A stretch of DNA of 64,000 nucleotides from Candidatus Latescibacterota bacterium. Its GTDB lineage: Bacteria > Latescibacterota > UBA2968 > UBA8231. Numbering within the stretch: position 1 is the stretch's first letter; each line of letters starts with the position of its first letter. The stretch covers positions 3,232,001 through 3,296,000 of the forward strand of contig OZ252098.1 in the NCBI GenBank assembly GCA_965248355.1, in the 5' to 3' direction. This document shows, piece after piece, positions 51,601 through 60,126 of this stretch. The notes under the pieces are model-generated. The model made no database searches, had not been told where the DNA came from, and saw only the letters and a program-made list of their open reading frames with translations. The translations under genes and the position numbers were made by a program.

Positions 51601-51804
51601 CCCGTAGTGGGGCAGGCCGGTGGCGAAGGGCGGACCGTCGAAGAACCGGAAGGGCCGGTCGGCGGGCCGGGCGAGGACGGACTTGCGGTACAGGTCGCCG
51701 GCGCGCCAGGACTCGAGGACGCGGCGCTCCTGGGCGGGGAAGTCGACCTGGCTCGGCACCTTGTCGAAGGCCGGCGCGGCGGGGCGTGGGGCGGCGGCGG
51801 TCAC
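48622..51804 (-). CDS. ileS: Isoleucine--tRNA ligase, type 2
   Basis: DGPPFATGLPHYGH, GWDCHGLP, WTTTPWTLPSN, KLSKRLKNY; type-2 C-terminus AREVVNRVQNMRK. Confidence 0.96.
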   Translation of the reverse strand: MTAAAPRPAAPAFDKVPSQVDFPAQERRVLESWRAGDLYRKSVLARPADRPFRFFDGPPFATGLPHYGHLLASITKDVVPRYWTMRGYRVERRWGWDCHGLPVENEAEQQLGLGSRRDILEYGVARFNEACRDLVLRYTAEWRSLIERLGRWVDWDDQYRTMDPEFMESVWWVFKALWDKGLVYEGYKSLAYCPRCATPLSNFEVNQGYQDTQDPSITVRFPVAGEPGLSLLAWTTTPWTLPSNMALAVGRDIDYVRVTTADGERLILAAPLVDDIFGRHPGEVAEVTPVAVDDLLGLRYEPLFDDFAGLADQGAFRVVAADFVSTGDGTGIVHIAPGFGEDDYQLGLAEGLPVVCPLDADCCFTGEVPDFEGVFVKDTDTPIIRRLRALGRLFSEGTIEHSYPFCWRCDSPLIYRAVSTWFVKIEGEVKERMLAANRRIRWVPEHIRDGRFGKGVESAPDWAVSRNRYWGTPLPIWRNEETGEAVCVGSRQELSELAGREVEDLHKHFVDDLEIPAPSGRGTLRRVPEVLDCWFESGAMPYAQSHYPFGRRQDFEASFPADFISENLDQTRGWFYTLTILGAALFDKPAFHNCIVGGMLLAADGRKLSKRLKNYPDPAEMLETYGADALRLYLLNSPAMKAEEMRLTEEGIRQSLRDVIIPLWSAYHFFVLYANTDGWSPGAGGARPVNRLDRWILSELQTLVHKINEEMEAYRLYRTVPAMVGFVDKLTNWYIRRSRRRFWKAESGTDTESAYATLHQVLLTFAKSLAPVLPYVTEAIYRNLARDPGAPESVHLCDMPAADESLRDPELEAQMTLAMRACALGRMLRSRHGLKVRQPLQRLLLLPPDEPGRGMLEAVSDLIADELNVKEVVLVEDESEISEVSYRANFRALGPRFGKRTREAAAFIGDLTTDQVRMLQEGGTLEVGGGAIGVGDVEVQRRERRDVVVAVEENLAVGLDVHLTEELVAECGAREVVNRVQNMRKEAGLDVADRIRLWVEGSETLESWVGAFRGYVAAETLARQVSVGEPPAGGEASMTKEWEVNTEPCRIALARLGRGG

Positions 51805-52106
51805 AGGCGCAGGTTCCTCAGGAACAGTTGCACGATCTGGATCAGAAGGATCAGGACCAGGGGGGTGAAGTCCAACCCGGAGGACCACAGGAACCGCGGT
51901 ATGTAGCGGCGCAGGCCCTCGAGGACCGGGTCGGTCAAGCCGCGCAGGATCAGCACGAGACGATTGTACGGGTCGGGGTTGACCCAGGAGATGATGACCC
52001 GGGCCAGGACGATGACCAGGTAGACCGTCAGCAGGCCGTCGATCAGGCCGATGACCCCGCCGAGAAAACCGGAGCCGTCGAAGAGGGACAGCTCGGACTC
52101 GCGCAC
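51801..52106 (-). CDS. yggT: YggT-family membrane protein
   Basis: ISWVNPDPYN..LTDPVL..LDFTPLV. Confidence 0.9.
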   Translation of the reverse strand: MRESELSLFDGSGFLGGVIGLIDGLLTVYLVIVLARVIISWVNPDPYNRLVLILRGLTDPVLEGLRRYIPRFLWSSGLDFTPLVLILLIQIVQLFLRNLRL

Positions 52107-52109
52107 GGC

Positions 52110-52823
52110 TCAGCTCTCCCGGACGGAGGCCGCCGTCGCGGACGGTCTGGGGCCGAAGACGGCGGTGCCGACGCGGATCATGGTGGAACCCTCCTCGATG
52201 GCCATCTCGTAGTCGCCGCTCATCCCCATGGACAGGGTGGTCATCTCCGCCGACGTGCCCTCGGCGAGGCGGCGGCCGAGGTCCCGCAACCGGCGGAAGC
52301 AGTCCCGCACCCGCGCCTCCTCTTCGGTATGGGCGGCGATCGTCATCAGGCCCCGGACCCGTATGCCCTCGAGGTCGGCCGCGGCCTCCGCCAGGGCGGG
52401 CAGGTCCTCCGGATCGGCGCCACCCTGGGTCCGGGCGCCCGCCGTGTTGACCTGGAGCAGCACCTCGACGGTGCGGCCGGCCCCGCGGGCCCGGCGCGAG
52501 AGCGCCTCGGCGAGCCGGAGGGTGTCCACGGACTGCACCACATCGAAGACCTCGACGGCGCCACCCGCCTTGTTGCGCTGCAGCCCCCCCACCAAGTGCC
52601 AGCGAGCGGGCGCCTCCAGGGCCTCCCGCTTGGGACCGGCCTCCTGAACGCGGTTCTCACCGATGTCCGTGACGCCCGCCTCCAAGGCCGCGGCCACCTC
52701 CCGAACGCTGCGGCCCTTCGTGACAACGACCACCTGCACCTGGTCCGGCCCCCGTCCCGCGCGCTCGGCGGCCTCGGCGACGCGCCGCCTGACGTCCTCC
52801 CAGTTGCGCGCGATGGGGTTCAT
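52110..52823 (-). CDS. yggS: YggS-family PLP homeostasis protein
   Basis: VVTK, IGENRVQEA, WHLVGGLQRNK, GLMTI, LSMGMSGDY..G.TMIRVGTAVFG. Confidence 0.93.
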   Translation of the reverse strand: MNPIARNWEDVRRRVAEAAERAGRGPDQVQVVVVTKGRSVREVAAALEAGVTDIGENRVQEAGPKREALEAPARWHLVGGLQRNKAGGAVEVFDVVQSVDTLRLAEALSRRARGAGRTVEVLLQVNTAGARTQGGADPEDLPALAEAAADLEGIRVRGLMTIAAHTEEEARVRDCFRRLRDLGRRLAEGTSAEMTTLSMGMSGDYEMAIEEGSTMIRVGTAVFGPRPSATAASVRES

Positions 52824-52897
52824 GAACGGCTTGTGCACGAGATAGACCCCGGAAGGTACTGGGCGCGCGGAACAGGCACAAGAACGGGTCCCCGGAC

Positions 52898-54115
52898 CTA
52901 TTCCCCCCCGTCCCCTCGACGGATCAGGGGGCCGAGGACCGCCAGCAGGACGCCGCAGAGGAGCAGGTCCGCCAGCACGACCCGCCTGAGAAGGTCGGCG
53001 TGCTCCGGGGTCAGGACCCGCGCGAAGCCCTGACTTCCCCCCAGCACCAGGTCCCCGGCGATGAGCCCCCTGGGTAGCAGCAGCCATCCGGACCGGCGTG
53101 AGAACTCCCCGCTCGATGGCAGGGGATACCACAGGGCTGGTCCCATGGCGCGCGCCACCACGAGGACTCCGAACTGGGCGAGGACGATCTGGTACGGCCA
53201 GGAGGCCTGGGGCGGCAACAGCGGGAGGGCGTCTGTCGAGACCACGAGGAAGGCGGCGAAGAGCAGGATGGAGATCGGACGGACCGGCGCCAGCCGCCGC
53301 TCTAGATCTCCTCCGGGGCCCTCCCGCGCGCCCAGGAGAAGACCGGCCCCGAGCCCTGCGGGGAGAGACGGCAGGCCGGCGTGGAAGGCGTAACAGGCGC
53401 CGGTGAGGGTGAGCGCGCCAAGGGCGAGCAGGGCCCCGTCCCGCCGGTCCAGTATCCCCGTCCACCTCAGAGCCTCGGCCGCGGCCGCCCCGGCGGCGCC
53501 GGAGAGCAACAGGGAGCCGACCCACTCCCGGGCCTCGGCGGCGACCCAGCGCGATCCGGCCTCGAGCAGCAGGACCGCGGCGAGCAGGAGCAGGGCCACG
53601 GCGGAGCCGAGCAGGCCGATGACCTGGGCTTCCCGCCCGCGCCAGAAGTCGGCCGCCAGGGGCCCCCAGAAGGAAGCCATGGCGGCCAGCACGAGGGCCA
53701 CGGGCAAGGGGAGCCCGCCGGCGAGGCCGAGGACCGCCGCCAGGGCCGCAAAGGTGACAACGGTGGAGCCGGCCACGACCACGGGCAGCCGCCAGTTCCG
53801 GCGCTCCGCCGGCCAGCGGGCTCCCAGACCTGCGAGCAGCCCCGCCCACATGCCGGCGCCGGTGCCGGCGAGAGACAGCAGGGGCTCCCGGGAGGCGTCG
53901 ATCGCCGACAGGACCGAAGGGCCGAGGAGAAAGGCGGCGAGGATCCATCCCGTCAGCGCCGGCAGGCCGGCCCGGGCGAGAACCCCCTGGGCGGTGACCG
54001 CCAGCAGGAGCAGGGCCCCGAACCCCCACAGGGACTCATACCCGCTGTGCACCGCCGGCGGCGGGGCCAGCGCCGCAAGGGCCAGGAGGATGGCACAGAC
54101 TCCGAAGCTGCGCAT
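52898..54115 (-). CDS. Polytopic membrane protein, weakly resembling a cation:proton antiporter
   Basis: About 12 hydrophobic segments; LTGWILAAFLLGPSVL resembles the CPA2 N-terminal motif. Confidence 0.55.
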   Translation of the reverse strand: MRSFGVCAILLALAALAPPPAVHSGYESLWGFGALLLLAVTAQGVLARAGLPALTGWILAAFLLGPSVLSAIDASREPLLSLAGTGAGMWAGLLAGLGARWPAERRNWRLPVVVAGSTVVTFAALAAVLGLAGGLPLPVALVLAAMASFWGPLAADFWRGREAQVIGLLGSAVALLLLAAVLLLEAGSRWVAAEAREWVGSLLLSGAAGAAAAEALRWTGILDRRDGALLALGALTLTGACYAFHAGLPSLPAGLGAGLLLGAREGPGGDLERRLAPVRPISILLFAAFLVVSTDALPLLPPQASWPYQIVLAQFGVLVVARAMGPALWYPLPSSGEFSRRSGWLLLPRGLIAGDLVLGGSQGFARVLTPEHADLLRRVVLADLLLCGVLLAVLGPLIRRGDGGE

Positions 54116-54146
54116 GGGCGGACCGGCCTGCCGAGGCGGTCGGCCT

Positions 54147-56765
54147 TCAGCCCTCCTTGTCGGCGCCCTCCGCGCGCAGGTGGCCGTAGTACAGGGTCGG
54201 GCTGGCGATGAACACGGACGAGTAGGTACCGACCAGGATGCCGATCAGCAGGGTGATGGTGAAGTCGCGGATGACCTCGCCTCCCCAGACCATCAGCACG
54301 AGGACGGCGATGAGGGTTGTCACCGAGGTCACCACCGTACGGCTCAGGCACTCGTTGATGCTGACGTCGATCAGCCCCGAGAAGCTCAACCGCCGGGAGC
54401 TGCGCAGGTTCTCGCGGATGCGGTCGAAGACCACGATCGTGTCGTTCAGGGAGTAACCGACGATGGCCAGGATGGCCGCGACCACGGCCAGGGTGATCTC
54501 CATATCGAGCAGGGAAAGGAGGCCGAGGGTGAGCAGCACGTCGTGGAACAGGGCCACCACGGCGGCGATGCCGTACAGGAACTGCTTGAAACGCCAGGCC
54601 ATGTACACGAGGATCAGGGCGAGGGAGAGGGCCACGGCGCGCAGGGCGGCGCCGGTGAGCTCTTCACCGATCCTCGGCCCCACCTTCTCCTGCCGCCGCA
54701 CCCATTCCCCGTCCTCCACGCTTCCCGCCAGGGCCGCCCGCAGCGTCGCTTTGATGGCGTCGGCCACATCGGTGCCCGTCTCGCTTTCGGCGACGCGGAT
54801 CAGGATGTCGTTGGCGCTTCCGAAGTTCTTGATCTCGCTCGAGCTCAGATCGAGGGTCCGGCCGTCGACGTCGACGCGGCTCAGCGGATCCCGCACCTGC
54901 TCGATCTCGACGGGCGGATCGAAGTGGAGCTCGAGCAGAGTGCCGCCGGCGAAGTCGATGCCCGGCTGCAATCCGTTGAAGGCGACGATGGAGGCGACGC
55001 CGAGGGCCAGGATCATGCCCGATCCCGCCATGGCCATCTTCCTCAGGGACAGGAAGGGGATGCCCGTCTTGGACAGGATGCCCACCGGGCCGATGCTGAG
55101 TCCGCCCGGGCCGGTCCTCGAGGTGACGAGGTCCAGGATCGAGCGGGTGACGATCAAGGCGGTGAACAGGCTCGATACGATGCCGATGCACAGGGTGAGG
55201 GCGAAGCCGCGGACCGGTCCCGTGCCGAACTCGTAGAGGACGATGCCCACCATGAACGTCGTCAGATTGGCGTCGACGATGGCGGAAAGGGCGTTGCCGT
55301 AGCCCGAGTCGATGGCGGCGCGCACCGTCTTGCCCGTGCGCAGTTCCTCTCGGATGCGCTCGAAGATCAGCACGTTGGCGTCGACCGCCATGCCGATGGT
55401 GAGGATGATGCCGGCGATGCCCGGAAGGGTCAGGGTGGCGTTGAAGCCCGCGAGCACGGCCATCACGAAGAGGATGTTGAGGGCCAGCGCCAGGTCGGCC
55501 ACGAGGCCGACGAAGCGGTAGGAGGCCAGCATGAAGAGGGCCACCACGGCCATGCTGATGAGGGCCGCCACCCGGCCCTGCTCGATCGAGTCGCGTCCGA
55601 GGGAGGGGCCCACGGTGCGGTCCTCGATGATCTCCACCTTGGCCGGCAGGGCGCCGGCGCGAAGAACGATGGCCAGGTCCTTGGCCTCCTCCTCGGAGGC
55701 CATACCGGTGATTTGGGACTGGCCGTTCATGATCTTGACCTGGATCGTGGGGGCCATGTAGACGGCCCCGTCGAGGACGATGGCCAGGCGCTCGCCCACG
55801 TGGGCGCCGGTGACTCGCCGGAACAGGCGCACGCCCTCGTCGGTAGTCTGCAGACTGACCACCGCCTGCCCGAGGTACTCCACGCTCTGGCTGATGGAGA
55901 CCTGGGCGTCGGCGATCAGGGCGCCCGTCATCTCGGGCTTGGCGCGCACCAGGTGGAGCAGGTAGTAGGGCGTGCCCTCCGGCCCCTCGGGACGGCTGCT
56001 GAAGAGGATCTCCACATCGCCGGGGATGACGTCCTGGGTCCGGGGGTCGGCGAGCAGGGCCCTCACCGCCGCCAGGTCCCGCTGCAGCACGCCGATCTGG
56101 CCGCCGACCTGAACCAGGCGGGAGAGCAGGCCGCCGCCCTTTTCCTCCTCCGCCTCCGGCTCGTCCTCGAACAGACCCCCCGCCGCCGTGCTGTCGGCCG
56201 CGAACAGGCTCGGGGCATCCTCCACGGGATCGGAGTCCGCCGCTTCGGCGCCGGACTCCTCCGGCTCCTCGTCACGGCTGCGCCCCACCGCCAGCACCGC
56301 GTCGATGCGCTCCAGCAGCCGCGTGCGGTCCTCGTCCGGCTCCACGAGCTGAAACTCGAGCAGCGCCGTCCGGCCGATCAGGTTCTTGGCCCGGTCCACG
56401 TCCTGCAGGCCCGGCAGCTCGACGATGATGCGGTTCTCCCCCTGGCGCTGGATCGTCGGCTCGGCCACGCCGAACTGGTCGACGCGGTTGCGGATCACCT
56501 CCTGGGCGCGGTCCACGGCGTCGCGAGCCTCCTCCTCCGACAGGCCCTCGCGGTCGACCTCCATCACGAGGTGGATCCCTCCCTGGAGGTCGAGCCCGAG
56601 GTTGATGGCCCGCTTCTGCAGATCGTAGAACGCCGATGGCCGGTCGTGCTCCATCCGCTGCCTCTCGCCCGGGTCCATGCTGTAGAACTGGACCGTCGGG
56701 TAGAGGTGGTAAGTGGCGGTGGCCAGCAGGGCCAGGATCAGCAGGGCTTTCCAGTTCTGTCTCAT
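54147..56765 (-). CDS. secDF: Fused protein translocase subunit SecDF
   Basis: LGLDLQGG, RVDQFGVAEP, GPSLG, GMAVDANVLIFERIREE, GIDFAGG, GYSLNDTIVVFDRIRE. Confidence 0.96.
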   Translation of the reverse strand: MRQNWKALLILALLATATYHLYPTVQFYSMDPGERQRMEHDRPSAFYDLQKRAINLGLDLQGGIHLVMEVDREGLSEEEARDAVDRAQEVIRNRVDQFGVAEPTIQRQGENRIIVELPGLQDVDRAKNLIGRTALLEFQLVEPDEDRTRLLERIDAVLAVGRSRDEEPEESGAEAADSDPVEDAPSLFAADSTAAGGLFEDEPEAEEEKGGGLLSRLVQVGGQIGVLQRDLAAVRALLADPRTQDVIPGDVEILFSSRPEGPEGTPYYLLHLVRAKPEMTGALIADAQVSISQSVEYLGQAVVSLQTTDEGVRLFRRVTGAHVGERLAIVLDGAVYMAPTIQVKIMNGQSQITGMASEEEAKDLAIVLRAGALPAKVEIIEDRTVGPSLGRDSIEQGRVAALISMAVVALFMLASYRFVGLVADLALALNILFVMAVLAGFNATLTLPGIAGIILTIGMAVDANVLIFERIREELRTGKTVRAAIDSGYGNALSAIVDANLTTFMVGIVLYEFGTGPVRGFALTLCIGIVSSLFTALIVTRSILDLVTSRTGPGGLSIGPVGILSKTGIPFLSLRKMAMAGSGMILALGVASIVAFNGLQPGIDFAGGTLLELHFDPPVEIEQVRDPLSRVDVDGRTLDLSSSEIKNFGSANDILIRVAESETGTDVADAIKATLRAALAGSVEDGEWVRRQEKVGPRIGEELTGAALRAVALSLALILVYMAWRFKQFLYGIAAVVALFHDVLLTLGLLSLLDMEITLAVVAAILAIVGYSLNDTIVVFDRIRENLRSSRRLSFSGLIDVSINECLSRTVVTSVTTLIAVLVLMVWGGEVIRDFTITLLIGILVGTYSSVFIASPTLYYGHLRAEGADKEG

Positions 56766-56808
56766 CGGCTTCGCTTGCGGTGACCCGAGGAGCGGGTCGG
56801 GTAAAGGT

Positions 56809-57831
56809 TCACGGCGACGCGGGACCGTGCGCCGAGGCGGACTGGATGCGGCCCCTCAATCCGGCCGAGTGGACGCGCCGCAGCCGGCCCCCGTCCTCGT
56901 AGTACACCATCACCTCCAGACTCTCGTCGTGGGCCGCCCACTCAAGGGCCGGGCCCGGTCCGGCGACGAAGGCCGCCGTGGCCAGGACATCGGCCTCCAG
57001 GGCGGTGGGGGCCCACACCGTGGCGCTGACCGCCCTCCCGGCCGGATACCCGGTGGCCGGATCGAGCAGGTGGTGGTACCGGCGGCCCTGGAACTCGAAG
57101 ACCTGCTCGTAGTCGCCGGAGGTGGCCAGCGCCGGCAGCCCCACGTCCTCCACGGCCACGGTATCCGCCGGGTCGCGGGGGTGCTGCACGCCGAACCGCC
57201 AGTCCCGTCCGTCGGGCTTGCGCCCCCAGAACCGGAGGTCGCCTCCGGCCTCGACGACGCCCGCCTCCACCCCGGCCGCCTGCAGCAGGGCCACGGTGCG
57301 GTCGACGACGTGGCCCTTGGCGGCCGCCCCCAGATCGAGCCGCATACCGGGCCGGTCGAAGATCAGCCGGCCCTCACGCAGACGCAGGTGCTCGAAACCG
57401 CAGGAGGCCAGCGCCGAATCGATCGCGGCCGGCGCCGGTGGGCGCCGAGCCTCCGGGAACCCCCACAGCGCCGTCAGCGCTCCCAGGACCGGGTCGAAGG
57501 CCCCGTCCGTGCGCCGGGCCAGCTCGAGAGCGGGCGACAGGACCTGCTCCAACTCCTCGGACAGCGTCGCCGGCTGCCCCGGGGCGGTTCCATGCAGCCG
57601 GGCTACCTCGCTCGACCCTCCGCAGTGCAGCGTCGAGTCCAGGCGGTCGATCAGGGCCCAGGCCCGCCCGAAGAGCGGCCACGCCTGGTCCTCGTCGACG
57701 AACAGGGCCACGCGCACCACCGTGCCCATGGCCACGTGATAGCCCTCGACGGGAATGGCGGGGCCGGCTCTCGGCAACAGCCAGAGGAGCGCGGCCAGCC
57801 CCGCGAGCCCCGTCAGGACCCTGGCCTTCAA
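56809..57831 (-). CDS. apbE: FAD:protein FMN transferase ApbE
   Basis: AMGT, TDGAFDP, LDLGAAAKG, ATSGDYE, YHHLLDPATG. Confidence 0.92.
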   Translation of the reverse strand: MKARVLTGLAGLAALLWLLPRAGPAIPVEGYHVAMGTVVRVALFVDEDQAWPLFGRAWALIDRLDSTLHCGGSSEVARLHGTAPGQPATLSEELEQVLSPALELARRTDGAFDPVLGALTALWGFPEARRPPAPAAIDSALASCGFEHLRLREGRLIFDRPGMRLDLGAAAKGHVVDRTVALLQAAGVEAGVVEAGGDLRFWGRKPDGRDWRFGVQHPRDPADTVAVEDVGLPALATSGDYEQVFEFQGRRYHHLLDPATGYPAGRAVSATVWAPTALEADVLATAAFVAGPGPALEWAAHDESLEVMVYYEDGGRLRRVHSAGLRGRIQSASAHGPASP

Positions 57832-57838
57832 GGCCCGG

Positions 57839-58825
57839 TCAGCTGTCTCGCTCGACCACCAGGCGCACCGTCGTCTCCAGGATCGTGCGCTCCACGGAGG
57901 GCCCGAGCACCTCCAGGCACGCCTGGGCGCGGTCGGCGCACTCCCGCGCCGTGGCGCTGGCCGCGGCCACCCCCTGGCGCCGGTCGACGAAGTCGAACAC
58001 CCGGTTCCAGTCCTCCTCGTCGGGCTCCGGAGCGGACAGCACGCGGACGATCTCGGCGCGCTCCACCTCGGAAGCCGCCGCCAGGGACTTGATCAGGGGC
58101 AGGGTGATCTTGCGCTCCCGCAGATCCCGGCCCACCGGCTTGCCGAGGGTCGACTCGTCTCCGGTGAAGTCGAGGATGTCGTCGGCGATCTGGAAGGCCA
58201 GGCCCAGGGATTCGCCGTACCTCGTCAGGCCATCGACCATCTCCCGGGGCGCACCGGCCAGCAGCGGACCGATGCGGCAGGCGGCGGAGATCAGGGACGC
58301 CGTCTTGTCGCCCACCATGGCGAAATAGGAGGTTTCGCTCGTGTCGGCGTGCAGCCCGATCTGGAACTCGAAGATCTCGCCCTTGCTCAACCGCTCCGTA
58401 GCCCGGGAAACCGTCTCCAGCACCTTCAGGTCGCCCAGGCTGACCAGCAGGCACAGGGCCCGGGCCAGAAGGAAGTCGCCCATCAGGACGGCGACGTGGT
58501 CGTTCCACTTGCTGTTGACCGTCGCCTGGCCCCGCCGCGTTCCGGCTCCGTCCACCACATCGTCGTGAATCACCGTGGCGGCGTGGATCATCTCCAGGCC
58601 AACCCCGGCGTCGATGACGCGATCGTCCCAGCTCCCCGTGGCGCGGGTGCACAGCACGGTGAGAGCGGGGCGCAGGCGCTTGCCCTTGAGGGTGGCCATG
58701 TAACGGGCCACCTGGTGGACCATGTCGACGTCGGCCTGAAGCATCTCGTCCAGGCGCCGTTCGAAGTGATCGATCTCCTTCTGTATGGGCCCGAGCATCT
58801 GGCCCAGCGATCCGGAGGAGGTCAT
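57839..58825 (-). CDS. Polyprenyl diphosphate synthase (IspB-like)
   Basis: GKRLRP, IHDDVVD..RRG, KTA, FQIADDILD, GKPVG.DL. Confidence 0.92.
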   Translation of the reverse strand: MTSSGSLGQMLGPIQKEIDHFERRLDEMLQADVDMVHQVARYMATLKGKRLRPALTVLCTRATGSWDDRVIDAGVGLEMIHAATVIHDDVVDGAGTRRGQATVNSKWNDHVAVLMGDFLLARALCLLVSLGDLKVLETVSRATERLSKGEIFEFQIGLHADTSETSYFAMVGDKTASLISAACRIGPLLAGAPREMVDGLTRYGESLGLAFQIADDILDFTGDESTLGKPVGRDLRERKITLPLIKSLAAASEVERAEIVRVLSAPEPDEEDWNRVFDFVDRRQGVAAASATARECADRAQACLEVLGPSVERTILETTVRLVVERDS

Positions 58826-58935
58826 CGGACGGGGCGTCGCGGTCACGCGGCGGCGGTTGTGAAGGGGAGTAACTTCGGGGAAAAGATGAACACTAACGAA
58901 GCATGGATTCACTGTCAACGAGCCATCCGGGCCCT

Positions 58936-60096
58936 CTAGCGGCCGGCGTACATGCGCCCCGGGTTGAAGAGGCCGTGAGGATCGAGGGTGCTCTTGAGGG
59001 TTGCGTTCAGCCGGGCGACACCGGCGCTCAGGGGGGTGAAGGCGTGCGGGTTGGCATCCCCGGGTCCCGTGGCCAGGCGCGCCGCGGCACCCTCCACCCC
59101 CTGCGCGGCCTCGTGCACGGAAGCGGCGTCGGCGGCGGCCGGCAGGACCGCCCACAGCAGCCCGCCGCCCCAGTCGAGACCGCTGCGCCGCAGACCGAAG
59201 GGAGTCATGGCCGAGACCGCCGCAGCGGCCTTCGAGGGCGGCACCACGACCCGCCACAGGGCCTCGTCCGCAGCCGGCTGGTACGGCTCCGCCTCCCGCA
59301 GGGCGGCCCACTGCCGGGCCGAGTCCTCCGCGTCCAGCACCTCCGCGGGACCAGGCGCCTCCGGGACCAGCCGCTCGACCTGCTGCGCCACCCCCTTCTC
59401 CGAGCCCTCGATGCGGGCCAGGAGACGACCTTCGGCGTCGACGGAGAGGCCGCTGATCTGCTCGGCGCGGCGCGACCATTCGAGCAGGCCCGCGCCGGCG
59501 GCGGCGGGCGACAGCCCGCTCACCACCAGGGTGCGTTCCGTGGCCGGCCGCGGCCACAGCTTCAGGCACACCTCGGTGAGAGGGCCCAGGGTTCCGAAGG
59601 CGCCCACGGTGACCCGCCACAGATCGTATCCGGTCACGTTCTTCACGACCCGTCCACCCGCCCGGAGCCGCCGGCCGCGGCCGTCGACGAGCTCGACGCC
59701 GAGAACGAAGTCGCGCACCGAGCCGGCCTGGAACCGCCGAGGACCCGCCCAGCCGCAGCCCAGGGTCCCGCCGAGAGTGGCCGCCTCGCCCCAGTGCGGG
59801 GGCTCGAAGGCCAGCTGCTGGCCGCGCACGGCCAGCATCCCCTCCACCTCCCGCAGCCGGGTCCCCGGCCGGGCCACCAGGATCAGCTCCTCGGGCTCGT
59901 AGGTGACCACGCCGGTCAGCCGCGACAGGTCCACCCGCGTGGCCTCGGACGGGGCCCGTCCCAGACGGGCCTTCGTACCCCCGGCGCGCAGCTCGAGCCG
60001 CCTCCCTGAACCCGCCGCGTCGCGCACCAGTTCCTCCACCTCGGAGGCGTCGGACGGCCGCAGGACCTGTTGGGGAGAGGGGGCTGAGGCAGCCAC
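58936..60096 (-). CDS. glcE: Glycolate oxidase FAD-binding subunit GlcE-like
   Basis: YEPEEL, LAFEP, GPRR, GGRVVKNVTGYDL, DWGGGLLW, DPHGLFNPGRM. Confidence 0.85.
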   Translation of the reverse strand: MAASAPSPQQVLRPSDASEVEELVRDAAGSGRRLELRAGGTKARLGRAPSEATRVDLSRLTGVVTYEPEELILVARPGTRLREVEGMLAVRGQQLAFEPPHWGEAATLGGTLGCGWAGPRRFQAGSVRDFVLGVELVDGRGRRLRAGGRVVKNVTGYDLWRVTVGAFGTLGPLTEVCLKLWPRPATERTLVVSGLSPAAAGAGLLEWSRRAEQISGLSVDAEGRLLARIEGSEKGVAQQVERLVPEAPGPAEVLDAEDSARQWAALREAEPYQPAADEALWRVVVPPSKAAAAVSAMTPFGLRRSGLDWGGGLLWAVLPAAADAASVHEAAQGVEGAAARLATGPGDANPHAFTPLSAGVARLNATLKSTLDPHGLFNPGRMYAGR

Positions 60097-60126
60097 GGGC
60101 GGAAGGAACCGGCGGGATCCGGGCCC

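Noticed and set aside
48562..51906. 1114-aa plus-strand ORF
   Set aside because: Antisense shadow of ileS; stop-poor reverse frames are expected at this GC and it has no recognisable motifs.
53403..56783. 1126-aa plus-strand ORF
   Set aside because: Antisense shadow of secDF and the adjacent membrane protein gene.
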